64,000 nt of DNA from a virus, in the IMG/VR virus record IMGVR_UViG_3300007735_000802; one strand, 5' to 3'. This document shows positions 56,382-64,000 of the stretch, piece after piece; the stretch's first letter is position 1; the number at the start of each line of letters is the position of its first letter. Both the position numbers and the translations under genes were made by a program. The notes under the pieces are model-generated. The model saw nothing but the letters and a program-made list of their open reading frames with translations. It was not told where the DNA came from and made no database searches.

Positions 56382-56759
56382 TCATTTTCTTTTTGCCAAA
56401 GAGTGATCGATCCAATAATCTTTCCAATCATTTCTTGATCTGTTTTGAAACTTATAAAGATTGTTATTTACTGCGACATAAGAATCATCGACATCATGAA
56501 AATGACAATAATAGTAAGGTCGATGTGAAGTTGGATCTCCTACCTCACGCTGTAAAGAAGTACCAGGATTTTTTTCCACATACTCCTTTATTGTTCCGGG
56601 AAGAGATTTGATATTAAAATAATACTTAATAAATTCAGATTCTGATAGATTTTGCCACCAAGAAACAAACTCTTCCTCATTCATATTTGGTCGCCAAATC
56701 CATGTCTTGTAACCATATTCTTCATTTAGAAAAACTTCAATAGTATTGTGATTCATCAT
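56382..56759 (-). CDS. Hypothetical protein
   Basis: 125-aa aromatic-rich ORF in an operon. Confidence 0.6.
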   Translation of the reverse strand: MMNHNTIEVFLNEEYGYKTWIWRPNMNEEEFVSWWQNLSESEFIKYYFNIKSLPGTIKEYVEKNPGTSLQREVGDPTSHRPYYYCHFHDVDDSYVAVNNNLYKFQNRSRNDWKDYWIDHSLAKRK

Positions 56760-56985
56760 CTACATCCCTAAAATGTTTTGCGATTTGTTTTAAAAAATTA
56801 TATTCTTCGTCTAGAAATAAACCATGTTCATGCTTTTGAAGCAATGTTATTGCTAAGTTTGATGCAAGTTTCCAAAAATGGTTGCTTTCTTGAAATGCAC
56901 CATCTAAAGCAGATCTTTCTGCCAATTCAACATACTCATAACAACTAGAAATTTGCTTAGATATTGTCACTTTATCTTTGCTCAT
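56737..56985 (-). CDS. Hypothetical protein
   Basis: Coupled to the acidic ORF (TAATG). Confidence 0.6.
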   Translation of the reverse strand: MSKDKVTISKQISSCYEYVELAERSALDGAFQESNHFWKLASNLAITLLQKHEHGLFLDEEYNFLKQIAKHFRDVDDESQYY

Positions 56986-57239
56986 TAAAGAGGATCTTCG
57001 TCATCTACTTCCTCTTCATATTCTGCATGTTCGTCATCATCATAATTTTCATCATCATCGAAAATGAAATCATCATCTTCATCGTCTAAATCATCTTCGT
57101 CCAGATCGTCTTCATCTTCCAAATCATTATCATCAAGATCATCTTCATCTTCATCCCACTCATCATCTTCATCATCAATATCCTCTTCATCCCATTCTTC
57201 TAGGTCATCATCCCAGTCTTCTTCATCTGAATGATTCAT
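56985..57239 (-). CDS. Extremely acidic protein (candidate nucleic-acid mimic)
   Basis: 59 of 84 residues are D/E, no K/R; AAGGA SD; promoter TTGACA-17 nt-TATAAT at 57279-57307. Confidence 0.7.
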   Translation of the reverse strand: MNHSDEEDWDDDLEEWDEEDIDDEDDEWDEDEDDLDDNDLEDEDDLDEDDLDDEDDDFIFDDDENYDDDEHAEYEEEVDDEDPL

Positions 57240-57324
57240 ATGTTATCCTTTATTTTGAGGTTTGAAATTTACAGTTGGATTATACCAGACACCACTATAT
57301 ATGTCAAGTCAGATAAATAGAAAT

Positions 57325-57900
57325 ATGAAAACTATAAAAACTTTGTTGGAAGAAATTCATATACTCTCAGAGTCTGCACCTGGTCCAGAATTAACACCAC
57401 AAAGACCAGTACAAAGTGCGGATGTTGCTGGTTTTGGTCCCAATGAAATGCCTCTTTTTAATTATAAAGTATTAGGAGCGGTAGCACCAGACACTCAACA
57501 ACAACAAGAGTATGTACCCGGAGGAAATGGTCTTTCAATTCACAGAGATTCGTATTCATATCTACAACAATTGGGAAATATGTATGGAGTGGAGGTAGCA
57601 CCAGCACCCGGTACTCCAGAAGCGCAAATGTTACGACAACAATTTCCACAATACAAGCCTAAAAATTTATATGTTTTAAATAATATTATAAGACATCGCG
57701 AACGAACCAGCGAAATCTATAATAGATTGCAAAAACTTGCAATGACTCCACTTGGAAATGAACACATTAAAGATTACACAGATCCATATAATCAAGATCC
57801 AATCCAAACTATGGAACCAAATTATGACATGTCTTCGTCACAACAAAATGTAGAAACTCAAGATTATAACAACGCTGCTGATGTCGGTGGTATAAGTTAA
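57325..57900 (+). CDS. Putative internal head protein (capsid-targeting-like N-terminus)
   Basis: MKTIKTLLEEIHILSE; ATAAATA just upstream. Confidence 0.6.
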   Translation: MKTIKTLLEEIHILSESAPGPELTPQRPVQSADVAGFGPNEMPLFNYKVLGAVAPDTQQQQEYVPGGNGLSIHRDSYSYLQQLGNMYGVEVAPAPGTPEAQMLRQQFPQYKPKNLYVLNNIIRHRERTSEIYNRLQKLAMTPLGNEHIKDYTDPYNQDPIQTMEPNYDMSSSQQNVETQDYNNAADVGGIS

Positions 57901-58025
57901 ATAATATCTCGCTCTAGAATATCCAGAGTCTTGTAATATATTCCATAGAAAAATTTATAGGATGATTCTATCCAATTGGATATTTTTGTTTTTCTCTTTT
58001 TGCTCATAGATATGATTATTTATTT

Positions 58026-58069
58026 TTGAGTAGACAAATTTTAATAAACTAAAATTTGTCTAAACTCAA
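58026..58069. repeat. 13-6-13 perfect inverted repeat with extended flanks
   Basis: tagacaaatttta (58031-43) / taaaatttgtcta (58050-62); ttgag/ctcaa flanks. Confidence 0.7.
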
Positions 58070-58128
58070 TATTAATATGTATTGATTCAATCAATCTTCA
58101 TGGTATACTGTTCCCTAAATAATTTCAT

Positions 58129-58581
58129 ATGCTGAATACTGTTTCACTTTACAATATGTCGTATCAGAAGATCCTTGAAATCGACTGGAAACACGCAGTC
58201 GTTTTATTGATCAATGGAAAAGTTTCTCCATGCACAGAGGAGGAGTTTTTAGAAATACGCACTGGTAGTGGTATTTTCAAACTACCCCTCCATATCAGTT
58301 TAAAAAAATATGTACATTTACCATACAGAGAGGTAAGTCCATCTCGAAAGAATATTTTCAAGAGAGATGATTATACATGCCAGTATTGCTCTGTCAAGAT
58401 GAGTGGAGAAGACGCAACAATTGACCATGTTCTTCCTCGTTGTCGAGGAGGCAAGCATGAATGGAATAATGTAGTCACTTGTTGTTTGCGGTGTAATCGT
58501 AAAAAGGGAAATAAGACTCCAGCAGAAGCAAACATGCCACTAAACAAAACACCCAAACCTTTGAGATTTGGGTGTTTGTAG
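58129..58581 (+). CDS. HNH endonuclease (McrA-like)
   Basis: RKNIFKRDDYTCQYC...TIDHVLP..RGG...WNNVVTCC.RCN.KKG. Confidence 0.9.
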   Translation: MLNTVSLYNMSYQKILEIDWKHAVVLLINGKVSPCTEEEFLEIRTGSGIFKLPLHISLKKYVHLPYREVSPSRKNIFKRDDYTCQYCSVKMSGEDATIDHVLPRCRGGKHEWNNVVTCCLRCNRKKGNKTPAEANMPLNKTPKPLRFGCL

Positions 58582-58599
58582 ACTACTCATATATTTAAT

Positions 58600-58881
58600 T
58601 TATGTTGAGTTTCGATTAGTGCGAGTGGGTCTTGGTCCACCAGGATTAATTGGTCTTGGATTAATAGGACCAGGTCTTGGTCCACCTGGATTTGGTGGTC
58701 TTGGTGGACTTGGTGGACGAGGAGGTCTTGGTGGACCGGGTTGTACGGGAATTGGTGGATTTGGTGGTGGACCGGGTCGGGGTGGTGTTGTTCCGGGTGG
58801 ACCAGCAAATTCTTCCTGTTCATATACTTCATACATTAAAGACTCTAATAGTTTTTGTTTAAAATAATTTTTAAAATTCAT
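58600..58881 (-). CDS. Pro/Arg-rich low-complexity protein with capsid-targeting-like N-terminus
   Basis: MNFKNYFKQKLLE, then PPRP/PGGPRP repeats; TATAAATA at 58907-58914. Confidence 0.6.
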   Translation of the reverse strand: MNFKNYFKQKLLESLMYEVYEQEEFAGPPGTTPPRPGPPPNPPIPVQPGPPRPPRPPSPPRPPNPGGPRPGPINPRPINPGGPRPTRTNRNST

Positions 58882-58909
58882 AGATCTCTCTCTCTTTCTT
58901 CTTTTATAT

Positions 58910-59533
58910 TTATAAAAGTCCAGTATTGATAACTTTTCTTGCAAGTTTTTCAGACATTACATTATCTGAAGGAAAATGAAGTCCAACATTTAATCTTGAA
59001 TCTCTCATTCTTTGAGTAAAGTCTTCGATCTCTGGTTTCATATCTGGTCTTAGTTTCGAAAAGATATGATTCATTATGTAAGAATCAAATGCATGACCAG
59101 ACGGATATGATGGATGATGTGCATCATTTTTTATTGTAACATCAAATGGAATTCCCATTGCGTCTGCATATTGTTTTGGTCTTCCACGATTATAATGTTT
59201 CTTGAGATAAAATAAAATAGGATCTGTCTTGTCCATTATACTGTCTATAAAGTCTTTCGAAACATTCAACCCAAGAGTATTTCTCGCAAAGTCAGCATAC
59301 ATTTGCTGTTCTTCATTTTCTGATTTTTTTGCAAATTCATATTCTTCGTCTGTAACATTATCCATACGATCTTTAAGAGAATATATTTCTCTTTTTGTCT
59401 CTTCGTCTGATGGAAATGGAATATTTTCTAGCTCAGACAATCCACCAACTTTATGTAAAAATTTCAAGATTGAATTATTTGGATCAATCTTTCTCTCATG
59501 AACTGGTTTTAGATTTCCGTATGGAACTGGCAT
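58910..59533 (-). CDS. PAP2 / haloperoxidase-superfamily phosphatase
   Basis: KKHYNRGRP, SYPSGH and SRLNVGLHFPSD motifs. Confidence 0.88.
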   Translation of the reverse strand: MPVPYGNLKPVHERKIDPNNSILKFLHKVGGLSELENIPFPSDEETKREIYSLKDRMDNVTDEEYEFAKKSENEEQQMYADFARNTLGLNVSKDFIDSIMDKTDPILFYLKKHYNRGRPKQYADAMGIPFDVTIKNDAHHPSYPSGHAFDSYIMNHIFSKLRPDMKPEIEDFTQRMRDSRLNVGLHFPSDNVMSEKLARKVINTGLL

Positions 59534-59534
59534 A

Positions 59535-59855
59535 TCACAGTCTGTACTTTTCTATCTCTTCGAAATTAATTCCTGAACCTTGATCAAAATTCCAACCTTT
59601 TGGTGTTTGAATCTTATTTGCATCAATTCCAAGATTTCTTAGTTTGTGTGTTGCTCTTTCAATACCAGATGCATCTCCCTGAGTTCTTGCATGATGTAAA
59701 ATTTTAACATGATGATCGATGGCATCGCTCTTGTCAAGAATATCACCATGAGATATAAACTGACCTTTCTCTACTCTTGTGGGATCAAGAGCATAGTTTT
59801 TCGGATGTCTCATACTTTCCATTATTTGGTTGAATATTCTTTGCTTTATATTCAT
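59535..59855 (-). CDS. Hypothetical protein (possible internal head protein)
   Basis: MNIKQRIFNQIME; TATAAATA at 59875-59882. Confidence 0.6.
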   Translation of the reverse strand: MNIKQRIFNQIMESMRHPKNYALDPTRVEKGQFISHGDILDKSDAIDHHVKILHHARTQGDASGIERATHKLRNLGIDANKIQTPKGWNFDQGSGINFEEIEKYRL

Positions 59856-59922
59856 TATTATTCCTCTATTCAATTATTTATATAAAAGAAATATATTTGA
59901 TATCAAATTGAACCACATGGAC

Positions 59923-61779
59923 TTAGGTCGTTTTACCATAATTTGGATTCTTTATCCATTCTTGTTCTCCAAAATTTCTATGAACCAATTTATCTAACTG
60001 ATAATCTTCCTCATGGGGATCCATTGGGAAATGTGTTTCGGTGAAATGGTTTACAGCATCTCTAAATTGATCCATTAATGGATGTCTAGCAAGTTCTTGT
60101 AGTGTATAAGTTAAACCAATAGATCGAAGAACTGTATGTCTTGGTTTTATATCTTTCCAAGGTATATCTTTGACGGGGATATCCCTCATTCTTCCATACC
60201 GAGTTCCCCATTCATAAAAATTTTTATTCCTGTATAACCAATTATTTGTTTTGGTCATTATGTCTCTACTATGATATGGTTTTAATGATATTCGTCCTAA
60301 AGGTCTTTTTAAATTATAATCTCCTTTATGAATCAAATACGCCATATGAGTTCCACCAAGAATATCGTCTGGAACTTTATGAGCATTTTCACCGACTGCT
60401 TGATTTGCTCTTCCTAGTCGTCTTGCTTGTTCCATTCCTCGCTCATTGCTTCTTATAGCTTCTGAGTGTTCCAAATCCCCTATGAACCCACGATCTTCAT
60501 CTGGACAAACTCCAAGTGCCATGCAACTTCTCCATCCTTTATTAGTTGACTGCTCTGCCACATGATATGGATGGCGAGTTATCATGATTTCTAAACCTTT
60601 TTCGAGATGCCGTGCAATATCATCATGTTCATTTAATCTTCTTGCAGCAGCATAATATCCATCAGACCCTTCTGTTGCTTGCAAAACTTTTCGAATTCGA
60701 ATTGGTCTTGCCCTTGCACCGGGAGCAATATTTGTAGCTACAGCAAGTCGATTATTCCAATCATGAATTTTATATCCATGTTTATCTAAATGTGAAACTA
60801 ATTCCTCCGGTGGATTTTGAAAATGACTCATATCAAAGGGAATTATTTTAACATCATGATCGTCATGTCTTCCCAATCCAGAACTTGGTCCACCAAAGAT
60901 ATGATCTGAAAATTCTGTATCTCTGGCATAGTCACCAGCATTGTGAATCTCACGATCAATATAATATTCTTGTCTTCTGTTTAATGCTTCTACAAAGTAA
61001 GATTTAAAAGATTTGATATTTAATACAGGATCATAAGAATCTCCTGTAAAGAATCTTCTTCTTTGAATTGATTTTGGTTCGTCAGTTGTTCCTGCTTTTC
61101 TCATTGCTTCTTCTGGAGAAGGAACAGAATGTACACCAGATCCTGGATCGCGAGACAATGATCCACGGCCGTGAATAAACCTGTCAATTTCTTGCATATT
61201 CTTAAATTCAAAATCTTGACCATTCTTTAATTTTTCAATATGATCTGGACTTAATCTATGTTTAAGTTCTTCCAGTTCTTCGGGTGAATGAGTCTTTAAT
61301 CCATATATTCTGATCTTCCAATCTGGATGATATCTCAATCTTTCTCGTATTGATTTCACTGCTGGAATCATATCATGAATAGAATGTCTATCCAACCCAC
61401 TTGATGTTGTGGTGTCTATAGTGATTCTTCTATTTTCTGGTTTTTCTTTCATATTTCGCCAACCTCCATTGATTGAACGAAAGAAACCCCTGGTTGCCAA
61501 CCTTCTTTCAATTGAAGGATCAAATGGACCAATTCCAGTTTTATGAAGTTCCAACTCTTCCATATCATCTAAATCTAAAAGTTCATCCATTTGTCTTTGA
61601 GACATTTTAAATTTATCTGGATGAGTCAATGGAATAAACATATGATCAATAGAATTCCAATTACCATTTAAAGGTGGCTTTTCTGGTTCAATTATATCAC
61701 CATGCTTGGAAACAAAAAAACTATGAAATAGATCTTTACCCATTTCAAGATTTTCAGTTATTTGTTTAAATGATTTCAT
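59923..61779 (-). CDS. Putative internal head protein with two capsid-targeting-like motifs
   Basis: MKSFKQITE and internal IKSFKSYFVE; ITRHPYHVAEQST.KGWRSCM domain. Confidence 0.65.
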   Translation of the reverse strand: MKSFKQITENLEMGKDLFHSFFVSKHGDIIEPEKPPLNGNWNSIDHMFIPLTHPDKFKMSQRQMDELLDLDDMEELELHKTGIGPFDPSIERRLATRGFFRSINGGWRNMKEKPENRRITIDTTTSSGLDRHSIHDMIPAVKSIRERLRYHPDWKIRIYGLKTHSPEELEELKHRLSPDHIEKLKNGQDFEFKNMQEIDRFIHGRGSLSRDPGSGVHSVPSPEEAMRKAGTTDEPKSIQRRRFFTGDSYDPVLNIKSFKSYFVEALNRRQEYYIDREIHNAGDYARDTEFSDHIFGGPSSGLGRHDDHDVKIIPFDMSHFQNPPEELVSHLDKHGYKIHDWNNRLAVATNIAPGARARPIRIRKVLQATEGSDGYYAAARRLNEHDDIARHLEKGLEIMITRHPYHVAEQSTNKGWRSCMALGVCPDEDRGFIGDLEHSEAIRSNERGMEQARRLGRANQAVGENAHKVPDDILGGTHMAYLIHKGDYNLKRPLGRISLKPYHSRDIMTKTNNWLYRNKNFYEWGTRYGRMRDIPVKDIPWKDIKPRHTVLRSIGLTYTLQELARHPLMDQFRDAVNHFTETHFPMDPHEEDYQLDKLVHRNFGEQEWIKNPNYGKTT

Positions 61780-62330
61780 AGCATCTTTCCTGATGAATTC
61801 AATATCATATAGTTCGGATGTCTTCGTTGTAAAGTTCGAACCACTGCTGTCTCTGGCACTCCTCCAATATGAGAGTATGTAATAAATCCTGTACCATCGT
61901 CACGATGTTCGATTCTCCCACGACCGACTATATTTTTAACAGCACCAATTTCGGATACTACTTTAGGATCAATGATTTTTCTTAAAGATGAAGTCAATGA
62001 TGGACCATAGATTAAATCTCTTTCAATAGTATCATGAGTTAAATTTTTATCAGCATGTGCGGGGTGCGTTATTATACCCTTATCTCTGTGATACCAAAAT
62101 ATTTCTGGTTTTTTCTTTGCCAAGTTATTCCCGAAGACTCTTCGTTTCACACTTTCTATGTCTTTTGCACCATGTCCGAACATAGTCCATATGCCACCAC
62201 CAGCGGTAGAATCATCATGTTTCGCATATTCTGGAGTTCGCAATACATCTAAAAATTTGATATACCGCTCACCCCGAGAAGGCCTCGAAATTTTTTTTGC
62301 TTCAAAAATATATTGTTTAAAACTTTTCAT
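61776..62330 (-). CDS. Putative internal head protein
   Basis: MKSFKQYIFE N-terminus. Confidence 0.65.
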   Translation of the reverse strand: MKSFKQYIFEAKKISRPSRGERYIKFLDVLRTPEYAKHDDSTAGGGIWTMFGHGAKDIESVKRRVFGNNLAKKKPEIFWYHRDKGIITHPAHADKNLTHDTIERDLIYGPSLTSSLRKIIDPKVVSEIGAVKNIVGRGRIEHRDDGTGFITYSHIGGVPETAVVRTLQRRHPNYMILNSSGKML

Positions 62331-62806
62331 ATTGTTAAATTTCCTGTTTGTCTTCTGGGTATGGATCTTCTTCCACCAGGAACTGGAGGTCCGAGTCTTC
62401 TTGCTTTCTTGAGTCTTGGTTCTCTTGTATCTGCTGGTGGTTGATCGTCTTCTCTTTTTTCTGGTGTATATGTCATCAACATAATACCCTTATACCCGAG
62501 TCCTCTTCCACCACCTTCTGTAAATATATCATGTCTGAATTCTCTTCCATGATGATCCTGCAATTCAGCAACTCCAACATTCCTACCACCAATCCTAAGA
62601 AACCCTTTTTTAGCATTCGCATCTCGAGCTGCTTGCGTAAAGTCATAGCGAATCTGTCCATTCTTCAATTCACTGTGAAAAGGTGCTTGATGTATTCTTC
62701 CAAATGAATCTTGAACTTCAACAAATGGAAGATGTGGTTTTCCAGAAAGACGATAGATTGGCATTTCTTCGTCTTCTTCTTTAATATATTGTTTGAAGGA
62801 TTTCAT
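62327..62806 (-). CDS. Putative internal head protein
   Basis: Start refined to MKSFKQYIKE; TATAAATA at 62824-62831. Confidence 0.65.
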   Translation of the reverse strand: MKSFKQYIKEEDEEMPIYRLSGKPHLPFVEVQDSFGRIHQAPFHSELKNGQIRYDFTQAARDANAKKGFLRIGGRNVGVAELQDHHGREFRHDIFTEGGGRGLGYKGIMLMTYTPEKREDDQPPADTREPRLKKARRLGPPVPGGRRSIPRRQTGNLTI

Positions 62807-62829
62807 ATGCGACTTATACAGGGTATTTA

Positions 62830-62967
62830 TATACCGGAAAAATTTTTTATATTGCAAAGATTTAGCTTGACATGGATTTAGGGGTGTGTGTATAATATTT
62901 GTGTGGAATGAAAAGGGGATCTAAGCTTCGACTTATATTCATTGTAAGCTATACCGGAAAAATTTTT
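62830..62967. repeat. 18-bp direct repeat, 120 bp apart
   Basis: tataccggaaaaattttt at 62830-62847 and 62950-62967. Confidence 0.8.
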
Positions 62968-63064
62968 GAGGTTAGGTACTTAAACATTTTTGCTGGGGAA
63001 ATTTGCTAGCCCCTGACACCCCTAACATCCCCCGAACGCATTTCTAGTGTGTGATGACCGATCC

Positions 63065-63084
63065 ATTTCCACAAGTTATCCACA
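63065..63084 (+). promoter_or_regulatory. Tandem DnaA-box-like motifs
   Basis: TTATCCACA (63076-84, perfect) and ATTTCCACA (63065-73). Confidence 0.45.
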
Positions 63085-63185
63085 ATCCCCCTGGCATCCC
63101 CCGTTATCGCCCCCATTCGTAACTCTCTATACCACAACGACTTACGAAATGTCGAGAATATTTCCAGTTTCATCGGTCGAAGGGG

Positions 63186-63213
63186 TTGACGGCATCGACC
63201 AGCTTGATATAAT
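63186..63213 (+). promoter_or_regulatory. sigma70 promoter, probably producing a leaderless mRNA
   Basis: TTGACG-16 nt-TATAAT with TG extension; ATG 6 nt downstream; no SD. Confidence 0.7.
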
Positions 63214-63219
63214 GATCGC

Positions 63220-63480
63220 ATGAGCAACAAGAGCAACAACGGAACGAACAAGGTCGCCTCCAACAAGGGTCGCAAGGGTCCGCGCACTATCCTGTCGGTC
63301 GCGCAGCTGCGTGAGAAGATGCTGCGTGAGATGATGGTGAAGGAGGTCCGCAAGATCGAGCGCAAGATCGGGAAGCTGATCAAGCGCGAGGTGCAGCTGC
63401 AGGACAAGCTCCACACGACGCAGACGCAGCTCGACCAGCTGAAGATCATGCGCGCGGAGTACGCTGCGGAGGTGAAGTAA
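63220..63480 (+). CDS. Basic coiled-coil protein, GC-rich (putative early gene)
   Basis: 86-aa ORF with G/C-ending codons, directly after the promoter. Confidence 0.7.
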   Translation: MSNKSNNGTNKVASNKGRKGPRTILSVAQLREKMLREMMVKEVRKIERKIGKLIKREVQLQDKLHTTQTQLDQLKIMRAEYAAEVK

Positions 63481-63481
63481 G

Positions 63482-63694
63482 ATGCCGCAGACTCGCAAGC
63501 CTGCAACCCTTCGCACTCCGAACCTGATCGCAAAGTGTCACATCGACTGCAACCGCGTCTTGGTCGAGATCACAGACCGCGCGTCATGGCAGGATCTTGG
63601 GGTGACTCCTCCATCCGATGAAGAGCTCGAGAAGCTCGCCAAGTGGATTCGCAAGGTGCGTTCCTTCCGCAACAACCGCAACCGAAAGAGCTAA
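63482..63694 (+). CDS. Hypothetical protein, GC-rich (putative early gene)
   Basis: GGAGG SD; follows the previous stop. Confidence 0.6.
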   Translation: MPQTRKPATLRTPNLIAKCHIDCNRVLVEITDRASWQDLGVTPPSDEELEKLAKWIRKVRSFRNNRNRKS

Positions 63695-63696
63695 AC

Positions 63697-63978
63697 ATGA
63701 CGAACGAACAACTCATTGACGAAGCCATCGCCATTCTCCAGATGTCGAACATGGAAGACTGTGCTGCAGCTGTGCAGACTCTTCAATCGGAGCTCGAGCG
63801 CGTGAAGCAGATCGCGCGGGATCGACTCGACACGATTCAGAAGCTGCAGACTGAGCTCTACCACGCGAAGACTCACATCAGGGATCAGAGCAAGATCGTA
63901 GAACAGCTCGAGCTCGAGCTCGAGGAGCTCGAGGATCGTGGGGGCCTGTGGGGAGCGCATTGTCGGGGAGAGATCTGA
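63697..63978 (+). CDS. Coiled-coil hypothetical protein, GC-rich (putative early gene)
   Basis: MTNEQLIDEA... heptad pattern. Confidence 0.6.
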   Translation: MTNEQLIDEAIAILQMSNMEDCAAAVQTLQSELERVKQIARDRLDTIQKLQTELYHAKTHIRDQSKIVEQLELELEELEDRGGLWGAHCRGEI

Positions 63979-64000
63979 CCGACAACCGCGCGTGGTTGAT

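Noticed and set aside
58568-58867. Gly-rich plus-strand ORFs here, and similar antisense ORFs at 35400-35725
   Set aside because: They are shadows of Pro-rich or collagen coding sequence on the opposite strand.
63006-63960. Long minus-strand ORFs in the GC-rich end
   Set aside because: They are antisense shadows expected in GC-rich DNA; the promoter and codon pattern favour the plus strand.
1-64000. CRISPR array, introns/inteins in core genes, or stop-codon reassignment
   Set aside because: There is no repeat-spacer periodicity. gp17, gp20 and gp32 are uninterrupted and of normal length in the standard code, and no suppressor tRNA is present.

Overview
A 64-kb segment of an AT-rich T4-like (contractile-tailed) phage genome. 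Positions 1-43.2 kb are the virion module. It holds gp22/21/20/19/18/17/16/15/14/13, a block of very Cys-rich, collagen-bearing fibre-like paralogs, baseplate gp8/7/6/25, a 1882-aa gp27-like hub, and gp53/48/4/54/26. It also holds a start-less gp51 frame that appears to need a -1 ribosomal frameshift at a T7 run. Next come gp32 and gp33. The 47-54 kb region is rich in RNA genes: 8 tRNAs, one non-canonical tRNA-like RNA, a circularly permuted (two-piece) tmRNA with tag AAPMRRAA, HNH endonucleases, a GroES-like gene and a tandem-pseudoknot element. The 54-63 kb region has accessory genes, including a cluster of proteins with T4-type capsid-targeting N-termini. Near 63 kb the sequence switches sharply to GC-rich, sigma70-driven genes, with DnaA-box-like motifs and repeats at the junction. 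The most notable signals are: the permuted tmRNA; co-varying non-canonical D/T-loop elbows in two tRNAs and the tmRNA; a pervasive G-x-T motif on exterior virion proteins (candidate glycosylation sequon); a possibly heterotrimeric Cys-rich fibre system with a hugely expanded hub and no gp5 in the usual place; and the gp26-gp51 frameshift. All family assignments come from motif recognition and synteny by eye, not from database searches.
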